Position numbers and translations under genes: made by a program. From Candidatus Hadarchaeales archaeon (lineage in GTDB: Archaea > Hadarchaeota > Hadarchaeia > Hadarchaeales > Hadarchaeaceae), in assembly GCA_038823825.1 (NCBI GenBank), contig JAWBCC010000003.1:90001-122000 (forward strand): a DNA stretch of 32,000 nt, in the 5' to 3' direction. Below the pieces are notes generated by a model. The model was not told the DNA's origin. It saw nothing but the letters and a program-made list of their open reading frames with translations, and ran no database searches. Below are positions 1 through 8,390 of the stretch, piece after piece; the first letter of the stretch is position 1; every line of letters starts with the position of its first letter.

Positions 1-996
1 GAGGGAGAAATCTACACACCAAGGGAGGTCATAAAACTGCTCGTTGAGATTTTGAATCCGAAATCTGGAGAATCTGTTTATGATCCAGCGTGCGGATCGG
101 GTGGAATGCTCATTTTGTCGTTCAAGAATGTGGAGGAAAAGGAGGGGAGGGAGGCAACCCGAAAGCTCTCCTTGTACGGACAGGAGGCAAACCGGGAGAT
201 TTTCGCTCTCTGCAAAATGAATATGTACATCCACGATATTAGGGATGTCAACATTGAGTGGGGTGATACGCTTCTCTATCCAAAGTTCATTGAGGGGAAC
301 AGGCCAAAGACTTTCGACGTTGTGATGGCGAATCCACCTTGGAATCAGGATGGTTATCACGAGGAGGTTCTGAAGAAGGGAGAGTTCTGGGGAGAGAGGT
401 TTGTCTACGGTTTCCCGCCCAAACAGTCTGCGGACTGGGCATGGATTCAGCATATGCTGGCTTCCGCCGACGGGAAAAACGGAAGGGTTGGGGTTGTTAT
501 AGACAACGGTTGTCTGTTCAGGGGAGGGAAGGAGCGGGCAATAAGGGAGAGGGTGCTGAGAGATGACCTGCTGGAGTGCGTGATCCTTCTGCCGGAGAAG
601 CTCTTTTATAACACCGGAGCCCCGGGAGCCATTCTGATTTTCCGTAAACATAAGCCAGCCGAGAGGAAGGGGAAGATCCTGTTCATTAACGCGAGCCAGG
701 AGTATGAGAAGCATCCAGAGGTGAGGAAGCTGAACAGGCTTGGGGAGGCAAACATAAGGAAGATCGCTGAGGCCTACAGGAACTTCAAGGATGTTGAGGG
801 TTTCGCCAGAGTGGTTTCGCTGGGGGAGGTGAGGGAGAACGATTACAATCTAAACGTCACGCTGTACGTCTTTCCGGAGGAGAAGGTCGAGGAGATAGAC
901 GTGGCGAAGGAGTGGGAGGAACTCCGCAAGATTGAGAAGGAAATTACAGAGGTTGAGGAGAAGATTCAGGGATATTTGAGGGAGGTTGGAGGTTAA
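1..996 (+). CDS. hsdM: Type I restriction-modification system DNA methyltransferase subunit (HsdM), 5'-truncated by the window start
   Basis: Frame is open from base 1 (EGEIYTPREVIKLLVEILNPKSGESVYDPACGSGGMLI); SAM-binding motif DPACGSGG, catalytic NPPW in 'VVMANPPWNQDGYHEE'; next to hsdS and hsdR. Confidence 0.95.
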   Translation, partial: EGEIYTPREVIKLLVEILNPKSGESVYDPACGSGGMLILSFKNVEEKEGREATRKLSLYGQEANREIFALCKMNMYIHDIRDVNIEWGDTLLYPKFIEGNRPKTFDVVMANPPWNQDGYHEEVLKKGEFWGERFVYGFPPKQSADWAWIQHMLASADGKNGRVGVVIDNGCLFRGGKERAIRERVLRDDLLECVILLPEKLFYNTGAPGAILIFRKHKPAERKGKILFINASQEYEKHPEVRKLNRLGEANIRKIAEAYRNFKDVEGFARVVSLGEVRENDYNLNVTLYVFPEEKVEEIDVAKEWEELRKIEKEITEVEEKIQGYLREVGG

Positions 997-1651
997 ACAA
1001 ATGAAAAGATCAAATGATGAGATTCGCGAGTTAATTCTAAGAGAATTATATGAAGTTCACAAAAAAGCTAGGAGTCTAAAAGCCACGGGAAAAAGCATAA
1101 GCGAGTTGAAACGCCAACTTAAGAAGCAATATGGACTAAGTGAAAAAGAAATTGTGCCCAATCTTGATTTTTTAATCCAATGCGGTTGGGTAAAGGTAGA
1201 GAAAGAAACATCCGAGTTTAAAACTCCAAGAGGGTTTATAAAGAAACAGGAGAAAGGTATCTTCAAAATTTCAGATATGGGTATCAACTATTTTGAAGGA
1301 CAATCCAAATTCCAAAGGATAGAGAGATCGCTTGCTGGTATAAACATAACTAATATAGGTGGGGTCACAGTCTTAGGGGACGGAAATGTAGTTGTAAATG
1401 TAAACTATGTTGATTTATACAAAGAACTGTCTATGCTTTCAGAGATCATAAGAAAAAGTGATCAACTCAAAGATGTTGACAAATTAAACTACATCGCGGA
1501 AATTGAAACAATAAAATCCCAGTTGATGAAACCGGAACCTGACAAGAACATAATAAAGCAAGCTTGGGAAAAACTAAAGCCACTTGCAACTATTGCTGGC
1601 ATAGCTTCGTTTTTCGAGCGAGTTGTTAAATTAATGGGGGCATTGTTTTGA
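986..1651 (+). CDS. Hypothetical protein, predicted N-terminal winged-helix/HTH plus 'NITNIGGVTVLGDGNVVVNVNY' segment, embedded between hsdM and hsdS; the start may be the downstream ATG at 1001 (MKRSND)
   Basis: Complete ORF overlapping hsdM end and hsdS start; wHTH-like pattern 'SISELKRQLKKQYGLSEKEIVPNLDFLIQCGWVKVE'. Confidence 0.75.
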   Translation: MEVKQMKRSNDEIRELILRELYEVHKKARSLKATGKSISELKRQLKKQYGLSEKEIVPNLDFLIQCGWVKVEKETSEFKTPRGFIKKQEKGIFKISDMGINYFEGQSKFQRIERSLAGINITNIGGVTVLGDGNVVVNVNYVDLYKELSMLSEIIRKSDQLKDVDKLNYIAEIETIKSQLMKPEPDKNIIKQAWEKLKPLATIAGIASFFERVVKLMGALF

Positions 1652-2913
1652 AAACCGGTTACAAACAAACGCCAATCGGTAGTATCCCGAAGGAGTGGGA
1701 GGTTGTCAGGCTTGGGGATATTTCTAAGGTATCTTCGGGGAATACAGCACCGCAAGATAAAAAATATTTTGAAAATGGGAAATATCCTTTCATAAGAGTT
1801 CAGCACCTTAGTACATTGCTAGAAAATAAATATCCTATTATTTGCGATTTTGTAAATGACTTGGCTGTTGAGGAACTCAAATTGAAAAAATTCAAGAAAG
1901 GTTCTATAATATTTCCGAAAAGCGGGGAGTCTATAAGGCTTGAAAAAAGGGCGATACTAAGAGAGGATTCCTATGTGGTAAACCACTTAGTTGTTGTCGA
2001 AGTTTTTTCAAATAACGTAGATACAAACTTTTTATATTATTATTTGTCAAGCCTCAGAACAAGTAGTTACCTTTCTAAAACTACAATGCCATCACTCAAT
2101 CTTTCAGTCATTAAATCATTTTTAATCCCCCTCCCACCCCTCCCCGAGCAACGTAAGATCGCCGAGATCCTCTCAACAGTCGACCAAGCCATCCAGAAGG
2201 TGGACGAAGCCATAGCCCGGACTGAGAGGTTGAAGCGTGGGCTGATGCAGAGGCTGCTCACCCGGGGTATAGGGCACAGGGAGTTCAAGGACACGGAGAT
2301 AGGGAGGATTCCGAGGAAGTGGGAGGTTGTCAGGCTTGGAGACAAAAAAATTACAGAAGAACTTTTCTACGGTATAACCGCTAAAGCTGTCGATAAGGAT
2401 ACTGGAGTAAAAATGTTGAGAACTACGGATATCAAAGAGTATTCTGTGGACTGGGAAAAACTTCCTTTTTGTGAAATCACTGAAAGGAGGGGTAACTTAA
2501 CTAGATATCTTCTGAAGAAAGGAGACCTGATTGTAGCAAGGGCTGGAACTGTGGGCGTTTCTATTCTTGTGGATAGAGATTTTGACAACGTGATTTTCGG
2601 ATCATATCTGATAAAAGTGAAGCTAAAACCAAGCATACATCCAAAATTTGTTCACTATTTCTTCCAATCCTCACTTTATTGGAAACACCTGCAAAAGGCT
2701 CAAGGAAGTACTTTAAAAAACGTAAACCTGCCTTTGTTAAAATCTCTCAAGATCCCCCTCCCACCCCTCCCCGAGCAGCGCAAGATCGCCGAGATCTTCT
2801 CAATCGTCGACAAAAAGCTCGAACTCGAAAGAAAAAGGAAGGAAAAACTCGAGCGGATCAAGAGGGGTCTGATGAACGATTTGCTCACCGGGAAAAAGAG
2901 GGTGAAGATATGA
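1648..2913 (+). CDS. hsdS: Type I restriction-modification specificity subunit (HsdS), two target-recognition domains
   Basis: Two copies of the conserved architecture 'IGSIPKEWEVVRLGD' and 'PLPPLPEQRKIAEILSTVDQAI' / 'PLPPLPEQRKIAEIFSIVDKKL'. Confidence 0.95.
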   Translation: MKTGYKQTPIGSIPKEWEVVRLGDISKVSSGNTAPQDKKYFENGKYPFIRVQHLSTLLENKYPIICDFVNDLAVEELKLKKFKKGSIIFPKSGESIRLEKRAILREDSYVVNHLVVVEVFSNNVDTNFLYYYLSSLRTSSYLSKTTMPSLNLSVIKSFLIPLPPLPEQRKIAEILSTVDQAIQKVDEAIARTERLKRGLMQRLLTRGIGHREFKDTEIGRIPRKWEVVRLGDKKITEELFYGITAKAVDKDTGVKMLRTTDIKEYSVDWEKLPFCEITERRGNLTRYLLKKGDLIVARAGTVGVSILVDRDFDNVIFGSYLIKVKLKPSIHPKFVHYFFQSSLYWKHLQKAQGSTLKNVNLPLLKSLKIPLPPLPEQRKIAEIFSIVDKKLELERKRKEKLERIKRGLMNDLLTGKKRVKI

Positions 2914-3884
2914 TTGACCAACATTTGGAAAAAGAAAGAGTGATCGTGGACGAAAAATTAAAACAAAATGAAGAGACCAAAGTATACGAAATTTTTCGTG
3001 AAGTTATGAAGAGTTATCTCGGAGTAGAAATAGAAAAAGAAAAGGCAGGACGAATTTTAGAATTTTTCATGACAGTAATGTATAACTTGACTTTGAATCC
3101 AAGCGCCATCGTTAGAGGGTACTACCTTTGCGCAGAGCAAGATTATGAAGCCGCTAAGTTATTGAGTAAAAAATTTCCCTCCCTCGCCGTTTTTCATTTA
3201 CAACAGACCGTAGAAAAAATAACTAAAGCTTACGCGCTCCACATGGGATTGATAAAAGAAGAAGAATCGTATAAAAAACGAGGAAATAAAGTCGGGACCG
3301 AAGTTGTTGGTCATATCTCACCTAAGGCTTTTATTTTGTTGTTGAAGAAAAGAGGCGCTGCAGAATTCGTCGATACGGTTTTTCTTGCATGTCCAGAAAT
3401 TCCCAAAATAACTGTTAAAGAAGTTCTTCAAAAATTCGAAAAATTACTACAAAAAACGGATGAATTGGCAAAACTCTCAAAAAATGAAATAAACCATTTT
3501 ATAAAAAGATGCGAAGACATCCAAGACGCCATTAGAAAAATTGACATCAGGAAAACAAGGGAAAATTTCAAACGCCTCAAAGTAGGGTTTATTGCAAGAC
3601 TAAGATCTGCGGTTTCACCAGAGATAGTTGAAGATATCAAGAAAAAATTTAACGCGATAGAAAGGAAGATCGGTTCAATAATCAATGAACTTCTAACGTT
3701 TTCGCAACTATATGCTCTGGCGATAATCACCTTTCCGCACTTCTCCTACAGTCGATACCCTGGAGGCAAAATAACATTTGCTGACTATCACGAAGGGCTG
3801 GGTATAGTAGATTCTCTCGATGATATTTTGATCTCTATCGGTTCTATTATGAAAAGTCTAGAAAAAATTTGTGCGAGAGGGTGA
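2910..3884 (+). CDS. HEPN-like domain protein encoded between hsdS and hsdR; the longer 2679 ORF start is probably spurious, and ATG at 2910 overlaps the hsdS stop (ATGA)
   Basis: 'YYLCAEQDYEAAKLLSKKFPSLAVFHLQQTVEKITKAYALHMG' matches the HEPN pattern (fHlQQavEKxxKAyl). The part of the ORF before 2910 overlaps the hsdS 3' end in another frame. Confidence 0.7.
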   Translation: MIDQHLEKERVIVDEKLKQNEETKVYEIFREVMKSYLGVEIEKEKAGRILEFFMTVMYNLTLNPSAIVRGYYLCAEQDYEAAKLLSKKFPSLAVFHLQQTVEKITKAYALHMGLIKEEESYKKRGNKVGTEVVGHISPKAFILLLKKRGAAEFVDTVFLACPEIPKITVKEVLQKFEKLLQKTDELAKLSKNEINHFIKRCEDIQDAIRKIDIRKTRENFKRLKVGFIARLRSAVSPEIVEDIKKKFNAIERKIGSIINELLTFSQLYALAIITFPHFSYSRYPGGKITFADYHEGLGIVDSLDDILISIGSIMKSLEKICARG

Positions 3885-3886
3885 AA

Positions 3887-6800
3887 ATGCCAATCTTTAC
3901 CGAAAAATCCACTGTTGAAAGCTACATCATAGAAAAGCTGAAGGAAAAAGGCTGGAAGCATGTTCCCGGAGAAGAATTAGAGCGAGAAGACTACTCCGAA
4001 CCGCTTTTGGTGAGGCATCTTCTTGAAGCAATCCACAGAATAAACCCCCACCTAACCCTGACAAAAAAGGATCTGGACAGAATTCTGCTAGAACTCAGGA
4101 GCCTTCCATCCACATTTGATGGTTCCAAGCGACTGCTCAAGTTCCTAAAAGAAGGAATCCCAATAGAACTGGAAAAAACAGGAGAACTCAGATATGTCTC
4201 TCTGCTCGATTACGAAAACCCAAAGGAGAAAAACGAGTTCATCGTAAGCGACCAAGTACCTTTCCACGGGCCTAAAGAAAGATGTAGACTTGACATAGTC
4301 CTCTACGTAAACGGAATCCCGCTTGTAGCAATAGAGTGCAAAAACCCGACCGACCCGACCAGAGACTGGGAAACTGCCTATAAACAGATAAAATCTTACG
4401 AAAAGGCTGTCCCAGAACTCTTCAAGTATGTCCAGTTCAGCATAGCCGCCGCCGCGACCACCAGATATTTCCCGAACGTCTTAGGAGCCGAGGATGTCAA
4501 AATCTACTTCCCTAAAGGGAAAGATACTCCCGAGTCCCTGGATCGAACACTTGACCTCCTCCTAAATCCAGACGCTCTCCTCGATCTTGTTGCAAACTTC
4601 ATTTTCGCGAGGGAAGAGCATGGAAAGTTCACAAAAGTTTTGCCCTACTACTACCAGTACGAAGGCGCCAACCAAATCTACCAAAGAGTCCTTAACAACC
4701 TGTCTGAGAAGGAAAAAAAAGAGAAGGGGTTGATCTGGCATTGGCAGGGTTCCGGAAAAACCCTCACGATGATTTACGCCGCCCGTAAACTTTACCTTTG
4801 CCCCCTGCTTGAAAACCCCACCATCTTCTTCGTCGTCGACAGAGAGGAGCTTGAGGAGCAACTGTTTAAAGAATTTTCTTTCTTAGACCTCGGCATACCC
4901 TCACCTGAGGTCATTTCTTCGATCGAGCACCTCCGTCAGATTCTGACCTATGACGAGGGAAGAGGAAAGAGGGGGATGTTCATCACTCTCATTCACAAGT
5001 TCGGCGAAAAGCTTGCCGATCTCGTTTTTGAGGACAAGGACATGAAAAACATTTCAAACAGGAGAAACGTCATCGTTTTAATAGACGAGGGACATCGGAC
5101 GCAGTACGGAGAGTATGCCGGCCGTATGCGAGGCATACTCAAGAAAGCTTTCTTCTTCGCTTTCACGGGAACTCCTTTCTCCACGAAAAAGAGAGATACC
5201 TTCGCCGCTTTTGCTTATCCCGAGGAGGGCGAACTCTATCTTCACAAATATTTTGTCCGAGAATCAATTGAAGACGGTTTTACCCTCCCCATTGTTTTCC
5301 AGACTAGGATGGAAAAAGAGGTCGGCCTAGAAAAAGAACTACTGGAAGAGTTTTTGGAGCAAGAGCTGGAGGAAATCACCGAAGAATCCCTCCGCCTCGC
5401 CCTAGAAGGAAAAATCAGCAGACGATTGACCCAGATCGTTGTATTCTTTGAGAATCCAGAAAGAATAGAAAAGATTGCCAGCGATATCGCCACTCATTTC
5501 AAGGAAAACGTGGACGGAAAGTTCAAAGGCATGGTTGTGGCGGCTTCAAGAAAAGCGTGCATCTATTATAAGGAGGCTCTCGATCGGCTGCTGGGACCGG
5601 AATACTCCGAGATTGTTATGACGTTCAATCCTCGCACGGACCCCGAACCGATCAAATCCTATTACGAAAAGTTGAGGCAGAAATATCATGGCAAGGAGAT
5701 TGAGGAAATCTGGGATGAGATAATCGAGAAGTTCAAAGAAAGGGAATATCCGAAAATTTTAATCGTCACGGACAAACTTCTGACAGGTTTTGATGCTCCA
5801 ATTCTCCAAGTGATGTATCTAGACAAGCCGCTGAAGGAACATAGGCTTCTTCAAGCAATAGCAAGAACCAATCGTCCATTCAAAGAACTAAAACCAGCGG
5901 GTCTCATCATAGACTATGTCGGAATTCTCAAAGAATTCGAAAAAGCCGTGGCCATTTACGAAAAGCAGGATATTCAGTACGTAGGCTTCAAGCCGGAAGA
6001 AAAGATAGATGAGCTTCGAAAGCTTATCAGCGATGCGGAGGAGACCCTTGAGGGTGTGGATAAAACAAAAACCGATTTTGAAACTCTTAAAGCCGCAGCA
6101 AAACTGCTCTTTCATTATCCAGAAAAGCAGAGAAAATTCTCCCAAACGTACAAACAGGCTAGAAATCTTTACGAGTTTCTTCTCCCCTTCGGGCTGGACA
6201 AGAAGACTGTGGAGAGATTCAAATGGCTGGCCGCAGTCTACAACTTTCATCGCCAATGGGTGGAGCAGGAGAAGTCAGAGGAAATGGAAGAAAACTTTAG
6301 AAAATTCTATCCAAGAGTTGTTGAGCGCGTTCACAAGGCCATCCAAATAGAAATGAAAGAAGAGTTTCCAAGTTTAACGCTTGATAAAGAATATCTTGAA
6401 CGGTTGGGCAGATTGGGTTTAGAAGACCAAGTTTATAACATGGTTTTCGGTCTAAACAAATATATCCGCGTAGACCGTCCGTTCAGTCCTATTTATGAAC
6501 CAATCGCCAAACGCGTGGAAAAACTAGTTGAAAGGTGGCGAAACAAAAAGATTTCGGTCGAGGAGGCTTATAACGAAGCAGTTTCCATTTTGCAGGAAAC
6601 GAGAAAAACCGAGGAGAGAATAAAAACGCTCGGATTCTCAGAGCCAGAATACTTCATTCTCAAAGTTCTTGAAAAGGAACTGGGAGAATCTGAGGATCTA
6701 GTCCAAGAAGTCCGGAGTCTCTGGAGAAAATGGGAGAAGACTGGAAAAATATTCCCAGGATGGACTCGAAAAATGAGTATCCTAAAGGAACTCGTGCGAG

Positions 6801-6895
6801 ATATAAGAATGTTCATGGTAAAGAAAGGTATCCCACTTAAAAGGAGGGAAGAGCTCTGTGAGGAGATCATCAACGGACTCAAGGCCACTTCATAA
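3887..6895 (+). CDS. hsdR: Type I restriction enzyme R subunit (HsdR); start ATG 3887 preferred, upstream TTG 3869 or GTG 3881 possible
   Basis: PD-(D/E)XK nuclease 'LVAIECKNPTDPTRDWETAYKQIKSY'; Walker A 'HWQGSGKTLTM'; 'VLIDEGHRTQYG' and 'AFTGTPF' SF2 motifs; 'ILIVTDKLLTGFDAPILQVMYLDKPL'. Confidence 0.95.
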   Translation: MPIFTEKSTVESYIIEKLKEKGWKHVPGEELEREDYSEPLLVRHLLEAIHRINPHLTLTKKDLDRILLELRSLPSTFDGSKRLLKFLKEGIPIELEKTGELRYVSLLDYENPKEKNEFIVSDQVPFHGPKERCRLDIVLYVNGIPLVAIECKNPTDPTRDWETAYKQIKSYEKAVPELFKYVQFSIAAAATTRYFPNVLGAEDVKIYFPKGKDTPESLDRTLDLLLNPDALLDLVANFIFAREEHGKFTKVLPYYYQYEGANQIYQRVLNNLSEKEKKEKGLIWHWQGSGKTLTMIYAARKLYLCPLLENPTIFFVVDREELEEQLFKEFSFLDLGIPSPEVISSIEHLRQILTYDEGRGKRGMFITLIHKFGEKLADLVFEDKDMKNISNRRNVIVLIDEGHRTQYGEYAGRMRGILKKAFFFAFTGTPFSTKKRDTFAAFAYPEEGELYLHKYFVRESIEDGFTLPIVFQTRMEKEVGLEKELLEEFLEQELEEITEESLRLALEGKISRRLTQIVVFFENPERIEKIASDIATHFKENVDGKFKGMVVAASRKACIYYKEALDRLLGPEYSEIVMTFNPRTDPEPIKSYYEKLRQKYHGKEIEEIWDEIIEKFKEREYPKILIVTDKLLTGFDAPILQVMYLDKPLKEHRLLQAIARTNRPFKELKPAGLIIDYVGILKEFEKAVAIYEKQDIQYVGFKPEEKIDELRKLISDAEETLEGVDKTKTDFETLKAAAKLLFHYPEKQRKFSQTYKQARNLYEFLLPFGLDKKTVERFKWLAAVYNFHRQWVEQEKSEEMEENFRKFYPRVVERVHKAIQIEMKEEFPSLTLDKEYLERLGRLGLEDQVYNMVFGLNKYIRVDRPFSPIYEPIAKRVEKLVERWRNKKISVEEAYNEAVSILQETRKTEERIKTLGFSEPEYFILKVLEKELGESEDLVQEVRSLWRKWEKTGKIFPGWTRKMSILKELVRDIRMFMVKKGIPLKRREELCEEIINGLKATS

Positions 6896-6896
6896 A

Positions 6897-7619
6897 GTGC
6901 TGAGGATAGAAGGAGAAAGCATACCTTATACTGTCGAATGGAGGAAAGTGAAATATCCGCGTTTGGAACTGAAAACCGGGAAGCTAAAGATAATTCTTCC
7001 AAAAGGAGTAAAGGACGAAACACCCATTCTGGAAAGAAATCTCCAGTGGATACTTAAAAGGCATGAAGAAATCAAGAGGGCAAAGGAGAACATAGCAAAC
7101 TCCTTGAGCGGAAATGGGATTCTCATCTTCGGCTCTTTCTATAAAGTCGAGCCGGGCATACCCCTCGTCATTTTCCTGAACGGGATACAGAAAAAGTTCG
7201 ACCTGATGAAAGAAAGAGACCAGGTTAAACTAAGAAACTTTCTAAAAAAGATTCTGAGAGAGGAGCTGAGGAAGTTAGTGAACCACTATTCATCAAAATT
7301 TGGTCTGAGATTCGGAAGAATATACATAAGAAACCAGAAAACAAAATGGGCAAGTTGTTCCTCCTCGGGTAACCTGAGCTTTAACTTCCGGCTTGTTCAC
7401 GTACCATATGATATTTTAAAGTATGTTGTCTGTCATGAGGTTCTTCACCTAGCTGAAAAAGGTCATTCGAAAAAATTCTGGGAAAAAATCAGAGAGGAGT
7501 TTCCAAACTACAAAGAGATGGAGAAAAAACTTTTCGAATACTGGTTTTTCACGATGGATTCCCAATTTCCAGATATTCGTTTTATTGGAAAGCGAAAAAC
7601 CTCAAGAAATTTGGAATGA
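6897..7619 (+). CDS. YgjP/DUF45-type (M48-like) zinc metallopeptidase associated with type I RM loci; GTG start at 6897 (alternative GTG 6858)
   Basis: 'WASCSSSGNLSFNFRLVHVPYDILKYVVCHEVLHLAEKGHSKKFWEKI', with HEVLH followed by H/F, typical of the family. Confidence 0.85.
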   Translation: MLRIEGESIPYTVEWRKVKYPRLELKTGKLKIILPKGVKDETPILERNLQWILKRHEEIKRAKENIANSLSGNGILIFGSFYKVEPGIPLVIFLNGIQKKFDLMKERDQVKLRNFLKKILREELRKLVNHYSSKFGLRFGRIYIRNQKTKWASCSSSGNLSFNFRLVHVPYDILKYVVCHEVLHLAEKGHSKKFWEKIREEFPNYKEMEKKLFEYWFFTMDSQFPDIRFIGKRKTSRNLE

Positions 7620-7643
7620 AAAAGACAGAGAAACCTTCAAACA

Positions 7644-7680
7644 TTAGGCAAACCTAACTTTTTATGTTAGGCTCACCTAA
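7644..7680. promoter_or_regulatory. Two operator-like palindromes, TTAGGCAAACCTAA (7644-7657) and TTAGGCTCACCTAA (7667-7680), flanking a TATA-like ctttttatg
   Basis: Both sites are TTAGG-N4-CCTAA with half-sites matching the known DtxR/IdeR-type consensus arms; located directly upstream of the DtxR-family gene at 7689. Confidence 0.7.
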
Positions 7681-7688
7681 TTTTCTCG

Positions 7689-8390
7689 ATGAGAAAACGT
7701 CTCTCACAGTCCGAGGAAGAATATCTAGAGGCGATTTACAGAGAAACTCGCACAGGCAAGGATGCAAAAATCTCCAAGCTGGCTTCATCGCTCAAGGTAA
7801 AATCCCCAAGCGTAGTCCAGATGATAAACAGACTTTCCAGACGCGGCCTGACCAGCAAAACGAAAGAAGGAGTCCGACTTACAAAAAAGGGAGAAGCCTC
7901 CGCGGCGAAGATAGTTAGGAGACATAGACTGGCAGAACGACTTTTGAGCGACATTCTCGGCTGCGATCTTCCAAGCGTCCACGAGAAAGCCTGCGAGCTC
8001 GAGCACGTGATCGACGACGAACTCGCAGAAAAACTGGAGAAGGTCCTTGGAGCCCCCTCATGCCCTCACGGCGCCCCCATCCCCGACAGAGAAGGGAAGA
8101 CGCCCGACATAGGCACCATCCCCCTCAGCGAGGTGGGTGAGGGGAAAAAAGCCATCATCTTCAGGATTCCAGAAGACAGATTGGCCGTTCAAAGGCTTCT
8201 ATCCCTTTGCATTTTGCCCGGAGCCGAGGTAGAGGTGCAGAGGAAATCCCCAGGAGGTTCCGTGATCATAAAAGTTGGTAAAACAAACGTCGCCCTGAGC
8301 GGAGATCTCTCGAGAAATATAGAAGTCGCAAGTCCAGCCGTCTGGAGGAGGTTCAGACACAGATGGCGCTGGGGGATAAGAAAACCCTGA
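7689..8390 (+). CDS. DtxR/MntR-family iron-dependent repressor with C-terminal FeoA-like (SH3) domain
   Basis: N-terminal 'SQSEEEYLEAIYRETRTGKDAKISKLASSLKVKSPSVVQMINRLSRRGLTS', DtxR dimerization motif 'CELEHVIDDELAEKLEKVLGAPSCPHGAPIP', C-terminal 'SEVGEGKKAIIFRIPEDRLAVQRLLSLCILPGAEVEVQRKSPGG'. Confidence 0.9.
   Translation: MRKRLSQSEEEYLEAIYRETRTGKDAKISKLASSLKVKSPSVVQMINRLSRRGLTSKTKEGVRLTKKGEASAAKIVRRHRLAERLLSDILGCDLPSVHEKACELEHVIDDELAEKLEKVLGAPSCPHGAPIPDREGKTPDIGTIPLSEVGEGKKAIIFRIPEDRLAVQRLLSLCILPGAEVEVQRKSPGGSVIIKVGKTNVALSGDLSRNIEVASPAVWRRFRHRWRWGIRKP

Noticed and set aside
2679-2909. N-terminal 77 aa extension of the HEPN-like ORF (METPAKGSRKYFKKRKPAFVKISQDPPPTPPRA...).
   Set aside because: It lies entirely within the hsdS 3' end in another frame and the composition is basic and low-complexity; ATG 2910 with the ATGA overlap is a better start.
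5888-6350. Overlapping ORFs opposite or out of frame within hsdR (5888-6256 -, 6009-6350 +).
   Set aside because: They are shadow ORFs inside a strongly supported hsdR coding frame.
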